In this document: positions 42,576 through 54,651 of the stretch, piece by piece | Layout of the letters: each line of letters starts with the position of its first letter | Position numbering within the stretch: position 1 is the stretch's first letter | Assembly (NCBI GenBank): GCA_964019335.1 | Contig: OZ025651.1 | Coordinates: forward strand, 620,001-684,000 | Length of the DNA stretch: 64,000 nucleotides | Source of the DNA: Diplonema japonicum | Lineage: Eukaryota > Protista > Euglenozoa: Diplonemea | Direction of reading: 5' to 3' | Notes under the pieces: generated by a model | Seen by the model: the letters and a program-made list of their open reading frames with translations, nothing else | Told to the model about the DNA's origin: nothing | The model's database searches: none | Program-made: the position numbers and the translations under genes

Positions 42576-42860
42576 ATGGCCACTGTGTCGCACTTCAATG
42601 GCACGCTGCGGACAGGGCAGAAGGGGTGTGCACAGATGAATATGACGCCACAGATGTTCAGCGAGATCCCCTCCAGCACGGGGCTGTTCGGTGACCACAG
42701 AGGGGCCGTGGTCAGGGGCAGCGGAGGAGTGAAGGGAGGAGGGTGCAACCCTGCAAAGTACGGCACCCGACTGCCTATAGGCAACGTACACCTTGGAGGG
42801 GGGCTCATGAACGCACTGAGAGACAACGATATAATTATTTACACAGAGAGTAAGATCTGA
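42576..42860 (+). CDS. Small Gly-rich hypothetical protein (94 aa)
   Basis: ATG after a pyrimidine tract and cacag acceptor; coding-like GC3. Confidence 0.6.
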   Translation: MATVSHFNGTLRTGQKGCAQMNMTPQMFSEIPSSTGLFGDHRGAVVRGSGGVKGGGCNPAKYGTRLPIGNVHLGGGLMNALRDNDIIIYTESKI

Positions 42861-42942
42861 AAAAAAAGAACGGGAATAGCTTCTTTCTTTTGCCTTTCTA
42901 CTTTATTTTACAACACCACAGGGGGAGGCACTCACCCTCAAG

Positions 42943-43434
42943 ATGGACATGATGGTGCAGATCCAGGAGCAAGGTGAGGTGCAACACAACCCTGAGGACA
43001 GGATGAAGTGCGACGAGTGGATGTACGAACTCGATAGGAGCGACTCGTTGGGGAACTCGCTGGGGGTGAAGCACAGTCCGAGGAGGAAGAGAAGCTCGAC
43101 ATCTGGTGTGACGAAGGCCATGAGGCTCAGCCTTGTGACAGGAGACATCACACCGGTGCACAGCCACCACACACCAACATCGCCCACTAAGTTCCCCCGT
43201 GCACATGCTGCTTCCTCACGCTCCTCGTCTGCCTCAACGCACTACACCGACAATGATGCACCAGCACCCTCTCCCCCAAAGCCCTTCCTCTCTTCCCAAC
43301 AGAGTCAGCAGCCACAAAAAAACCAACCTGCATCCCCTCAGCGCAGCCCCACTGCATACTACGTCATCTCTTTCATACTCATCTTCACCGCGGTCTGCCT
43401 GGCAGGTCTTGTCCTCATCATTTACTACACCTAA
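42943..43434 (+). CDS. Tail-anchored hypothetical membrane protein
   Basis: Ser/Pro-rich body and C-terminal TM helix YYVISFILIFTAVCLAGLVLIIYYT. Confidence 0.7.
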   Translation: MDMMVQIQEQGEVQHNPEDRMKCDEWMYELDRSDSLGNSLGVKHSPRRKRSSTSGVTKAMRLSLVTGDITPVHSHHTPTSPTKFPRAHAASSRSSSASTHYTDNDAPAPSPPKPFLSSQQSQQPQKNQPASPQRSPTAYYVISFILIFTAVCLAGLVLIIYYT

Positions 43435-45649
43435 CCGTTACGTTGTGTATGAGGCAGCAATACGAGATGCGCTTGCGAGGCCTGAGAGTAGGCACGCGCC
43501 AGATGAGACCTGTGGGTAGTCCTATGGGTAGCGCACTTTGACTGGCAAATAGAAATTTATCTCAAAGAAAATGTGGAAAAAAAAAAAAAAAAAAAAAAAA
43601 AAAACCCGAAGCACTGCGTCACATATTGCAAACCCTTTTGCTCTTGTGGGTGAAAGGGGAAGGAGAAAAAAAAAATGGCAATCGTAGTATCCCCTTCCCC
43701 TCTCTCTTCTTTAAATTTTTGAGTGTTTTTTTTTTCTCCCTCTCCCTTTCCCCGCTTCCTTCCTATTTCAACTTTTTTTCGTTATGTTAAGTGCACGATG
43801 CCACTTTGATTATGTTGATCTTCTTTCAGTTATGTACACCGTATGAAGGTTGCTGATTGCAACCTTCGTCCTTTTTTTCTTTCTTTCTTATTGGGTGCGT
43901 GGGAAAGGCGGAGACAAGTGGGGGAGGGGGGAGGGGGTATCAAACAAAAAATAATAACATGACATTAGACAATTCAGCTTAGCAATGTGATCTTGCATAG
44001 AGACCGGATCGGCTGATTAGCGATCTTTTTGGCATGCAGGCAGCCCATCTGGTTTTTTCTTTTGGGGGGTTCAAGTTGAGCATGGGTACACATCGACTTC
44101 CCCCTTTTCCATTATTTCTTTTGCTATAAACTGCGATTTTACAAAAAAAAAACTTTTTTGTGCACAGGCTGCACACAGCCTCTTTGTATCCGGTCATGCC
44201 CTTGTTCATCATTTTGCATCTGACCTCTCGAAGCTTGAAAATTGCTGTAGACACCCCGCCCCCCCATTCTACGAGGTTTTAGTTTATTATGCACAATGAG
44301 GAAACGAATTTTTTTTAATTTTTTTTTAATTTTTTGAGGGTCAATTCGATACTTTTCCCCGAAAAGTATGGGGAGGTCAAAAAAAAAAAAAAAGAAATAC
44401 ACATGCAAATCAAAAAAAAAAGGAGGGTAAAGGGTCTAATGGTACATAAAGAAAGAATGGAAAAAAAGAAAGAAAAAAAAAGAAGAAACATCCTCTTGGT
44501 GTAGTCTGTTACAGATCGCGTCGGCTGTGATCCCACGGGTCCCCTTCTGGTTCCCCTTTCCCCGAAGGAGGGCGGAGGGGGAGAAGGCGAGGGAAGGAAA
44601 GAAGAAACGGGGTCTTCCACTTCCTTTCTCTTTTCACTCCCATTGGCGGATGTCATGATGAATGGCTTATTCTTTTATTCTCTCTTTTCTTTGGTTCTTT
44701 TTTTTTTTTTTTTTCCTTCTTGTATAATGGACAAAAAAAAAAAAAAAAAAAAAGCAAGCACAAAAAAAAGTCAATCTATCTATTTTTTTTTTTCCAGGTA
44801 TCTTGGTTCTCGTGTTGTTTGGGGGAAAAGAAAAAAGATGCGCAAAGCGCCCTTGGAAAGGCGCTCAGAGTTTGTTCCTGCTCCTTTCTCTTCTTTTTCT
44901 GCTGCCGAAAGCCATTCTCTCCGATCAGTAACCCCCTCTCCTTCCCCCCTTTCCACGACTGTATCGTGAACTTTTCGAAGGCCTGGTGTCCCCGCCGCCA
45001 GCTTAGCACACGTCATGCCCTTCAACCCCATCTTTTATTTAAAGGTTTTTTCCTTTTATGTGTACGTGCGTCAAGCACTGACTTCTTTGCGATACATCTT
45101 GACACAGGCATTAAGAGACCATCCCATGCTAGGGTGGTGTCAATGCATTCTGTGGGCTGTGCGAACCGTGCTGACAGGTGACTGGGGGATGTCAAAAAAA
45201 GGAAGAAGAAGAAAAAAAAAAAATAAAAATAAAAAACCCTAAAGTCTTTTTTTGCCGCGATTCATGTTGGTTCTTCTTTTTTTTTTTTACTTATTGTCTT
45301 ATCCTCCCTCTCTGTCTTCGTGAATAAGTTGGTTTATTATTATTATTATTATCTCCCCCTCCCCCCCACTCCCCTTTTTTCTCCAGCTTGCAGTCTTGTC
45401 GTGTAAAAACAACTCGACTTTTCTTTTGTGCTGGCAAAGGGGGGGGAGGGGGGGGGTCACTGTGTGTTTACTACCCTTTCCCCCGCCTTTTGTCTTTTTA
45501 ATTCCCCCCCCTCTTTTATTGAAGCAGGGCTGACCTGTGACACCACGAGGCGGTTGTTGGGTATCTGATTGGGGTCCTATTATTATGAGTATTCTTTGCA
45601 TTTATCCAACTCACATACTCGCTTATGTAGTCACGACAGGCGACACAAG

Positions 45650-47182
45650 ATGACTGAAGTGGCGACCAGCAAGGGCAAGGTGACGGGTGTCACAAAGAAG
45701 GAGTGCCATCTGTATTTCGACATCCCGTACAGGCAGGGGGTGTCAGGAAGCGGGAGGTTCACAGTGGGTGAGGAGGTGGCGGCATGGGGTGGTGTGCGTG
45801 ACGCGAGCAAAGGCGGTTTGGAAGTGGTGCAAGCATCGTTGGGCGACCTGCCCATCCCCGGCCCCAAGGTCCCGCTCGGGAAGGACGGCATCCCCGTCAA
45901 CATGAAGGAAGAAGCACTGATCGTAAATGTCTTCACTACCGACACCACTCCCACGACCCCCAAGCCTGTCATGGTGTGGATCCATGGTGGTGCCTTTGAA
46001 CACGGCTCCGCCAACAACCCTATGTACGATGGCTCGCAGCTTGCGAAGACACAGGGCGTCGTCGTGGTCTCCATGAACTACCGCCTGGGGTGCATGGGCT
46101 TCCTCTACAAGAAGGGCGCCACGTGGCAGTCCAACCTCGGCATCCACGACCAGATCAACGGCCTCAAATGGGTTCAGAACGAAGTGCATGCCTTCGGAGG
46201 CGACCCTGCCAAAGTCACCATCTTCGGCGAGTCGGCGGGTGCCATGTCCGTCACGACGCTAGTGTCCTTGTCTGACTCCGTCACAAGGGGGCTCTTCAGG
46301 GGTGCCATCTGCCAGTCGGGTGCTGGCTGTGCCTCGATCCCCCTGGACCAGGCAGACAGGTCAGCACGCATGCTGTGCGAGGAGCTAGGCATCACGATTG
46401 ATGAGCTCACACTGGAGTATCTGCAGAAGCTTCCGACCCCTGCCTTGAGGAACGCTGAGACTGCGATGAGAAAGAAGGCCACCCACACACTGATGCCGTG
46501 GTCGCCTGTCATCACCGATGAGATTCCGTTCCCACTGCACCAGATCCAAAAGGGCGTGGGGAGAGAAATAGCAGTGCTGTCCGGGTGCACACGTGACGAG
46601 TTCAACCTGTTCATGATGGGGATGAAAGGGAAGATGCCGAAGGGACGCGCGTTAAAGTACCTTGAGAAACGCATGTCAACCATGCAGCCAAGTGTGGAGA
46701 AAGTCACGCAGGTAGCAGAAAGGATCACACAGGCGACAGGGAAGGACGGGCGAGACCTCTACTCCAAGGTGTGCACCGACTGGCTGTTCGGGGTGCCACA
46801 CGAGAGGCTCCTCGATGCGCACGGTGGTAAGTCGTTCAGCTACCGCTTTGACTGGGAGAGTCCTCTACCGAAGATGAAGTCCTGTCATGCTCTCGAGATC
46901 CCATTTGTTTTCGGGACCCATGTCCACCCTGTCCTCAAGATGTTCGCAGGCAAAGGCCGCCAGGCAGACCTCCTGTCACATATCATCATGTCCTCGTGGG
47001 GCGCCTTCGCCCGTACCCTGAACCCTTCCACAGCGGCAACCGGCGTCTGGCCCACTCACGACTCTTTGTCCAGACCCACCATGGTCTTTGGTGCTGAAAA
47101 GCAGGGAACTGCTGTACTGAAACGCAACTTGAGGTCCGAAGAGCTGGCGGCATGGGAAGGTGTTCTCTCTGCAAAGCTCTGA
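45650..47182 (+). CDS. Carboxylesterase type B (pNB-esterase-like) with PTS1 (-AKL)
   Basis: PVMVWIHGGAF, NYRLG, FGGDPAKVTIFGESAG (nucleophile Ser), CTRDE, CHALEIPFVFG; ends SAKL. Confidence 0.93.
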   Translation: MTEVATSKGKVTGVTKKECHLYFDIPYRQGVSGSGRFTVGEEVAAWGGVRDASKGGLEVVQASLGDLPIPGPKVPLGKDGIPVNMKEEALIVNVFTTDTTPTTPKPVMVWIHGGAFEHGSANNPMYDGSQLAKTQGVVVVSMNYRLGCMGFLYKKGATWQSNLGIHDQINGLKWVQNEVHAFGGDPAKVTIFGESAGAMSVTTLVSLSDSVTRGLFRGAICQSGAGCASIPLDQADRSARMLCEELGITIDELTLEYLQKLPTPALRNAETAMRKKATHTLMPWSPVITDEIPFPLHQIQKGVGREIAVLSGCTRDEFNLFMMGMKGKMPKGRALKYLEKRMSTMQPSVEKVTQVAERITQATGKDGRDLYSKVCTDWLFGVPHERLLDAHGGKSFSYRFDWESPLPKMKSCHALEIPFVFGTHVHPVLKMFAGKGRQADLLSHIIMSSWGAFARTLNPSTAATGVWPTHDSLSRPTMVFGAEKQGTAVLKRNLRSEELAAWEGVLSAKL

Positions 47183-47320
47183 ATGTGTCCTGTCGTCTTT
47201 CTACATTTCTCAGACACCAGCTGCAAGAAATGCTCACGTTCCCCCTTCCTTCCTTCTTTCTTTCTATTCTAAACATCGTTTTGTTACCAACCACCTCACT
47301 CAGGACTCACTACCACACAC

Positions 47321-47686
47321 ATGGAGCACCGCCAGATGATAATGAGGTCAAGGGCAAGCGGCAAGGGCAGGAAGGGTTCCTTTGAGGGGTGCCGTCCTGG
47401 AAGTAGGAATGAAGAAGGAAAGATTGTGGAACCAAGCAAGAAGAAGAGGAAGCAACAGAGGGCTATGGCCGTAAAGGCAAAGGCAGAGAAGGGAAAGTCA
47501 CCTCTTGAGAAGTGCTTCAAGGGCAAGGGGTGGAGAACGCCTAAGACGCAGACACTTGACGAGGAAGACGACAAGGAGGCTGTGGGTGTCACCACACCGC
47601 AGATCCCCCACTTTTCGTTTAATCTGCCAGAGTCAAGGCCCGCTCCAGTACCCATAAAGATCCGTACCAGATCCCACCGCTTGTAG
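47321..47686 (+). CDS. Small basic hypothetical protein
   Basis: 121-aa K/R-rich ORF after a ctcag acceptor, on the cluster strand. Confidence 0.5.
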   Translation: MEHRQMIMRSRASGKGRKGSFEGCRPGSRNEEGKIVEPSKKKRKQQRAMAVKAKAEKGKSPLEKCFKGKGWRTPKTQTLDEEDDKEAVGVTTPQIPHFSFNLPESRPAPVPIKIRTRSHRL

Positions 47687-48383
47687 GCATATAAGAGCAG
47701 CTGTACCATAAACATTTCCCCCCTTCCCCCCCCCCCCCCCCTTTCTTTTATTGGCTTTCCAAATAGAAAAAAAAATCTTAAAACGACACTAAGGAACGTT
47801 GTTGTACTCAAGGCGAAAATTGTTCTAAAAAAAAATCTGAGAAAAAAAAACCTTCCCTGCCATGAGAGTGCAATGTGTCCTATCCTCCCTTATAGCTTTT
47901 TCTTTTTTTTTTTCTCTTCTTTCTCTGCCTTTTCACCTCTGTTCCTTCTTTTGTGTCTATGGTTTTCCCCCTTTCCCTCTCAAGTCCCCGGCTGTTCTGC
48001 TCAGGGGCACGGCGGGGGGGGGGGAGAGCAAAAGAAGAAAGGAGTAAAGGTGGGAAAGTGTTTCATATATGTCTCCCTTCTTCCTTTTACCGTTTACATT
48101 CTCGCTCTTTTTCGCCTTTTTTTTTAAACGTAATGTGAGAAACCTCTGAGGCCTATCCATCGAAGTACTTCAGGTGTTGACCTCCTGGTTATCTTCCCGA
48201 ATGATGATGATGGGAATGGTGGGCCATGTTTTAGAAGTTAAACCAATACGTTCCCCTCCGGGGCTTACCCGGGTTTTTCAATACACTCTTACCCTCCCCT
48301 CTTCTTTTTTTTCTCCCCCCCCCTTTTATCTCCTCCCGTCTTTCAAAAAAAAAAAGAAAAAAATCGTTTCAAGGTGAGCTCAG

Positions 48384-48940
48384 ATGTTCCGAAGGAGTGG
48401 GGGTGTGCTGAACCCCGCCCGGCGGTTCAAAGGCTACTCACGACGGAAACAAGAAGTGGGAACAGTCACGGGGATGGGGATGGGCTTCAGTGAAGCCTGC
48501 TCAGTGCTCGGAGTAAAGAGCTCTCCATATCTCACGATGGACGAGGTGAAGGCTATGCGAGACAAACTGGTGATGATGTATCACCCTGACAAGACTGGGG
48601 GGACAACCACAGCAAAGTGGCACGAAGTACAGCAGGCAGTTGCGGTGCTCAAAACAAGTATTTCACAAGCAAAAGGCAAGCACAAGAGCTTGCAAGACAG
48701 CGAAGCACACGACGGGCCTAAAGTAGCAGCAAAGGGAAACAACGAGTGGTCCAATGCGGCCTACGCCCTCTACCGTGTGCACAAGTGGCGGGATGCAAAG
48801 ATCGCCCGCAGACATGAGCTGCTTGGGACAGCAGTGCAGACAGGCGTGCTTGAAGAGTTGGTATGCACTACAATGGGAAGAAAAAAAAAAAGTTGGAAGC
48901 ACCAGAAGTGATGTACGAAAAGGATGCCCGGACACGTTAG
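48384..48940 (+). CDS. DnaJ-domain protein with mitochondrial-type presequence (probable intron 48861-48892)
   Basis: MFRRS...RRF N-terminus; ACSVLGV...LVMMYHPDKTGG J-domain. Confidence 0.75.
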
Positions 48941-49072
48941 CTTCACAGGGCGCGTTGTGAAATAGACCCCCCCCCCCCCCCCCTCGCTATTCTTCTCGTT
49001 CGAGCTTTTATCTCAGTCAGTGATCAAGGATATTGAAAAAAAGGCACCTCAGGCGGGTGGTGTGGGTGTGAT

Positions 49073-50585
49073 ATGCACGCCAAGACGCTATGCCGGCAGC
49101 TGCGGTACGCAGGGTACGTCACCAGACCGCAAAACATAAAGGTGTGCAGAGTGAAACAGGCGGCACACAAATGAAACAGATCACGGCGGACAGGCAGGAC
49201 ATGCTGCCATCGAGGTTCCCTATCAACACGGACATGGCGACGAACGTCTTCAAGGCGCGGAGGAATAAGGGTGTCACTGTGTCCCATCCAGCGACGACAG
49301 TTAAGGTAGATAAATAATATTTTAACAGGAGATAATTCACACGCACCCCACACAGAAAGGGCCGCGCAGACGAGGGCAACTTGACGAACGGGAACAGGAG
49401 TTTGTGGAAACGGCACGCAAAGAGCTGGAAGCAGATGGGATCACGGACGAGGACAGGTTCAACGCGTGGTTGACCCAGAACCACACCGTGTTCCCTGACA
49501 AAGTACAAGACCTCGATCCACATGTGAAAGCGGCAGTGAAATTTGGGGGCCTGGGGCTGACAAGAGAGGCAGAAGAGATGAAAGAGCACTACTTTGAAGC
49601 GCGGCGGGAAGAAGCCAAGGCACTGCGGGACAAAGAAAACGCAGAGCAGCAGTTGAAGGCGCTGGGGTTGCAGCAGGGTGTCGACGCGAGCAATCCCAAA
49701 CACGCGAGCTTGATAAAGAGAAAAAAACTGACAGAACACCAGTACAACAAACTGGCAGCACGGAGGAAGGAGATCATGTCAAAGGCGAAGGGCCATGTGA
49801 TGTCGAACTTCAGCGACAAGAGCATGCAACACTGGAAGGGGGTGCTGAGCACAGAGGACTCGGTGGGACGGTCTGTGGAAAGCCGGAGGATGAAGGAAAG
49901 CAAGGGGATCGGGATGGACTTACTTAACGCGAGGAGAGCGGCGAAAGGCGAGTCACCGATCACCGTGCACTACCCCACAGGCGGCGATGTTGACATCAGC
50001 ATGAAAGCAGCGGTGGTGGCAAGGTGCGTGTTGACCAACGTACCCACGCTAGGTGACTACCCTATCGTGATCCCTGCATCCCTGAGGGACGCATACGTGG
50101 CAAAGGAGAGGGAAGGTGTCAACAAGGTCCTCAAAGGGCTTAACAGGAATGAGCGTGCCCGTCTGGGCAGATCGATGCGGCGGTACGAAGCATACCAGAG
50201 CGCAAAGGCAGCATGGAACACCTTCAAGAAGGCAGAAGAGGTAGGCGGGGTAGGCGATGCAAAAGACTGGAAGCGAGAACACCCCTGGGAATGGAAAGGG
50301 TCCGAGCCCAAGACATACACGGCACCCGACCCCAGCGACCCGTACGGCAGCTTCAGGAAGCTTCAGAACACGGAAGCAAGTCGCGATGCTCTGCACACAC
50401 TCATGACCACAAAGCAGACGGCAGACATGCCGAAGAACAGGTTCACCACCGAGTTCGGGCGTTACCAGAAGAGGCTCAACAGCAAATACGGATCGTCGCA
50501 CAGCAGGTGGGGCACCGATGACAAAGTAGTGGGGAGGTACTCCGGAGCAAGGGCGAGAATCACAACGATTAAGTCCGCAGACTGA
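49073..50585 (+). CDS. Basic hypothetical protein, probably mitochondrial (introns 49142-49179 and 49306-49355 or -49328)
   Basis: Spliced N-terminus MHAKTLCRQLRYAGYVTRPQNIK joins ORFs 49090 and 49404 in frame. Confidence 0.6.
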
Positions 50586-50697
50586 GTTGCTGCTTTAGTT
50601 ATCAGTTTCCCTTTTTTTTTCCACGGGGCTGCTATCATCTTCGAGAAGAAGAAAAAATAAATAAAAGGGGGCAACAACAAAAAAAGAAGAAAAAAAG

Positions 50698-51686
50698 ATG
50701 GCAAAAGAAGCAAGCTTCTTCAAGATATTGACCACTGTGACCCTCCCCATGTGGGGGCTCATGGTACCGCTGTCGCTGGTGGTGTGGCTGGTGACGCTGC
50801 CGCTCAGCATTGCGAAGAAGATTATCAGCCTCATAAAGGGTGTGGAGAAGGCGAAGATGAAGGTTGAGGTGAGTGGGAAGGCTGAGAAGGATGCGGTGGA
50901 CACTGTACTGTTTGTCCACGGGTGGCCGGACTCTGCAAAACTATGGGACCAGCAGGTGGTGGCCTTCACGGAGGCAGGGTACAGGTGCATCGCTGTGACG
51001 GCACCTGGCTACGACGGTGAAGAGGTGGGGTGGGGGTACACACACGAGCAGATCTCAGAGATGCTTGCTGAGGTGGTTGAGAAACATACAGAGAGCAAGA
51101 AGGTTACGGTGTTCTGCCACGATTGGGGTTGCTTCTGGGGCTACCTGCTCCAGGCCAACCACCCCGCCATGGTGAAGAGGATGATCGCGCTTGACGTCGG
51201 GGGCGTCAACAAGCCCAGCGCAGCTGGCATCCTCTTCATTCTGTCCTACCAGTTCTACAACATGTTAGCCTTCCTCCTCGGCGGCCCTGCAGGGGCCTTC
51301 ATGAACAAGATGTTCCTGAGCACTGGGAAATACAAGGCCCGCCCCATGTCTCAATGCGTGGCTGGGGTGAACTACCCGTACCTGTACATGGTTATTAAGA
51401 TGTTCACTGGCAAAGCCGGTGCTCCCCTGCGCCCTTACAAATCCATCCCTATGCTGTACGGGTACGCCAAGAAGAAGTTGGTGGGCTTCCACACGCAAAA
51501 ATGGATTGATGATCTTAACACCGCCAGTGACTGTGGCAGTATGTGGAAAAAGAAAAAAAAGGGAGGGGTCCAATCACTTTTACAGCCAAAGAATTCGACT
51601 GCGATCATTGGATCCCCGTGCACAAGAGTGAAGAGCTCAACAAATGGGTGTTGACGTGGCTTGAGGCGAAAAACTCAAAGCTGTGA
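50698..51686 (+). CDS. Alpha/beta hydrolase (epoxide hydrolase-like) with PTS1 -SKL (intron 51539-51585)
   Basis: HGWP and CHDWG motifs; the last exon after splicing supplies catalytic His (CDHW) and ends AKNSKL*. Confidence 0.88.
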
Positions 51687-52047
51687 ACAGGGAATGGATA
51701 GCAACAACAAAAAAGGGCAAAGTAGGGGGAAGAAAAAAAATTATGAGAAGGAAAGAAAGATGAAAAAAAAAAAAAAAAAAAAAAAATGTGGGGATTCTTT
51801 TCGAACTTTTTTTTCCGACACCGCTGGAAGAAAAAAAAAAAAAGATTATACTGATGATTGTTCAGCCTCCCTCAACTTAATACAGGCTCAGGAACATTCT
51901 TTCCCCCTCTCTTCTTATAGAACCCTTCCAGTTTCTTTTTTTTCTCTCTCTTCTTCTTTCCCCTTTTGTCTTCGCGAATGCACGTCATAATTATCCCCCC
52001 CCCCCCCCGTGCCGTTCTTCTAAAAACCCACAACACCCCAGCTGCTC

Positions 52048-52905
52048 ATGAAGCACAGGTTATGTTCGAATATCGTGAGGTACTTGCGCCTCCCGGTACG
52101 GGATGCAGTGGGGGCAATGAAAGAAAACAAGATAGTGCCCGATGAAGAGGGACTGAAAGAAATCTACAAAAAGTTCACGAGGGTGGGTTTTGAAGGCAAC
52201 GTCATGCTGGCAGCGACCGTTGTAAAGTGGCACGGAGGACGCTACGGCTGGGCAGGCGGCGGGCTGATGGATAAAATGCTGCTTGAATGCCTTCAAAGCA
52301 TGCCTGAAATCTGTGTAGCTGTGTACCGTAGATTACAAACCAAGGGCCCTGCAGAGCTCAGCCTAGTCTTTGAGAGCTGCACTGAGCTTAAGTCCTCACT
52401 CGCGCTTCTCGCGGAAGCCGAGGCTGCAGGCATCCCCCTCACCGAAGCCTGCTACGCATCTCTCATTAAGTCCTGCGGGGACGACGTCAAGGCCGGCTTC
52501 ATCGTCTTCAGAAACATGGTGTCCACCACCACCCCAACTGCCATTACCTACGCTGCCCTCATGCGGGTCTGCCTCGCTGCGCGTGACTTCAAGTCTATCG
52601 GTTCTCTTTACACCGAGCTGCGGTCCAGGAGCCCAGACCTACCCGCGGAGATATACCACATCTTACTCCTCGCAGGCCAACAACCTTCGGGGCTCCCGCT
52701 TCCCATAGCAGATGAGGTCTTCAAGCAGGCTATCAGCAAGGGGCACACGCACCCTGATATTTATTACGCTTACCTTGCGTGCCTCGAGCATCATGGCGAT
52801 GCGCGTGCGAAGGAACTGTGGGCAACCATAGTCAAAAAGAAGAAAAACAGAGGCAGGACGGAAAAAATCGAGCTTCCTTTATGGAATGGTAGGTCTGTTA
52901 GGTAA
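52048..52905 (+). CDS. Pentatricopeptide-repeat-like protein
   Basis: EACYASLIKSC, PTAITYAALMRVC, AEIYHILLLAG and PDIYYAYLAC spaced ~35 aa apart. Confidence 0.7.
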   Translation: MKHRLCSNIVRYLRLPVRDAVGAMKENKIVPDEEGLKEIYKKFTRVGFEGNVMLAATVVKWHGGRYGWAGGGLMDKMLLECLQSMPEICVAVYRRLQTKGPAELSLVFESCTELKSSLALLAEAEAAGIPLTEACYASLIKSCGDDVKAGFIVFRNMVSTTTPTAITYAALMRVCLAARDFKSIGSLYTELRSRSPDLPAEIYHILLLAGQQPSGLPLPIADEVFKQAISKGHTHPDIYYAYLACLEHHGDARAKELWATIVKKKKNRGRTEKIELPLWNGRSVR

Positions 52906-52970
52906 TCGATTTTCTTTTTGTGCTTTGCATTTTCCCCCTTTGCAATACCAAACAGAAACAACAACAAAAG

Positions 52971-54447
52971 ATGGTTAAAGACGTGTGGACCAAGGACGGC
53001 AAGTCCCTGCCGAGGAACAGCTTGTTCTCGAACCTGCTGGAGCTCGGTGTGTGGGCTGTGGTGGGGCCAGTGTACATGATGACGCTGTTCCCTATCACAG
53101 TGGTTGTGCAAGTTGTTAAGCAGCTCCTGAAGAAGAAGAAGGTGTTGAGGAACCGCCCTGCTGAGGGTGTGGACAGGATCGAGCTGAGGGGGGGGATCAA
53201 GAAGCACGCCGACAGGAAGTACGACGTGGTGCTGTTCGGTTCCACCGGGTTCACGGGACAGCTCGCTGCCAAGTACATGGCGAAGCAGTACAAGGACAGC
53301 AACGTGAAGTGGGCGATCGCGGGCAGGAGGGCCGACGCACTGGAGAAGGTGAAGCAGGAAATCGGCGCAGACGTGCCCATCATCATTGCTGACACGTCGA
53401 AGCCGGACACGCTGCACGCACTGGTGAGCGACACGAAGGCCATTGTGACGACCGCAGGGCCTTTCAACCAGTACGGGACAGAGGTGGTGAAGTTCTGCGC
53501 CAACTACGGGACGCACTACAGCGACATCACCGGCGAGGCTGATTGGGTGCGCGAGATGATCGACAGGTTTGACGGCATCGCAAAAGAGACGGGCGCACGC
53601 ATTGTGTCCTTCTGCGGGCACGACTGCATTCCTTGGGACCTCATGACGTTGGCCACCGCGGCGGAGCTGAAGAAGAGGACGAACACCGACCTGAAGGCCA
53701 TCACCATCCACGACAGGGTCCGTGCTGCACCCAGCGGCGGCACCCTCGCCACTGTGTTCAGCATCATCTTCGCGACAGAGAAGTACGTGCCCGCCCTCAA
53801 GCACGACCCCCTCACCGACGTGGAGGGACAGGAGTCTGGCGCAAAGACTGTGAACAAGAATGTGAAGCTTGTGAGTTACTCGCGTTTCCAGAAGGTGTGG
53901 ATGACACCCTTCGTGATGGCAGGTGTGAACGCACTGTCGGTGAAGAGGTCCAACGCAGTGAACAAGTACGGCACCCGCATGGAGTACAAGGAGGGCAACG
54001 TGGTGCCGTCGTTCTTCGCTGCCATGTGCGCGATGTGCCAGATGGTGTGCATGGGGGCTGTGGTTGCCTTCCCCCCGTTGCTCAGCCTTGTGCGCAAGTA
54101 CGTGCTTCCCAAGCCCGGGCAGGGGCCTTCTGTGCAGAGCATGGACAACGGCTGGCTGCACCTTTCTGCTGTGGCAGAGGGCGAGGACGGCTCCAACGTC
54201 GAGGCCGACATGTACTTCAACACTGACGCAGGTTACCGTGACACCGCGAGGATGGTTGTGGAGTCGGGGCTCACCCTTGCGCTCACTGACGAGGCCAAGC
54301 TGCCCAACGGTATGGATTAATTTTTTTTCTTCTTTTTGTATAAATCTAAAACCAGGTCCCGGTGTTCTTACCCCTGGTTGCGGCTGCGGCCAGCCCCTCC
54401 TTGACCGTCTGTGTGCCACAGGCACAACCTTTGAGATCCTGAACTGA
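52971..54447 (+). CDS. Saccharopine dehydrogenase-like oxidoreductase (SCCPDH / trans-acting enoyl reductase family) (intron 54310-54355)
   Basis: YDVVLFGSTGFTG, WAIAGR, TTAGPF..YG, HYSDITGE, CGHDCIPWD, SGGT, GYRDTARM and GVLTP motifs. Confidence 0.9.
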
Positions 54448-54651
54448 AGTTGAGACGGATTTTTGCTGTTTCCTCCTCCCCCCCCCCAAGAAAAAACCTC
54501 CAACAAAGATTCTGGGTGTCACCCCTTTCCCCACTTTCACCAGCTGCCCGAGAGATGTGTACTACCTTGGGGGGTGAAGAGTGGCATGAGGGGAAGGGTT
54601 GTAGACACCCGGTTTTAAGAGACATCATTTTGTTCCAGCAACAACAAAAAT

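Noticed and set aside
43843-43870. GAAGGTTGC/GCAACCTTC hairpin plus T-run (terminator or SECIS-like)
   Set aside because: Bacterial terminators are irrelevant here, the SECIS geometry is absent, and no in-frame TGA gene lies upstream.
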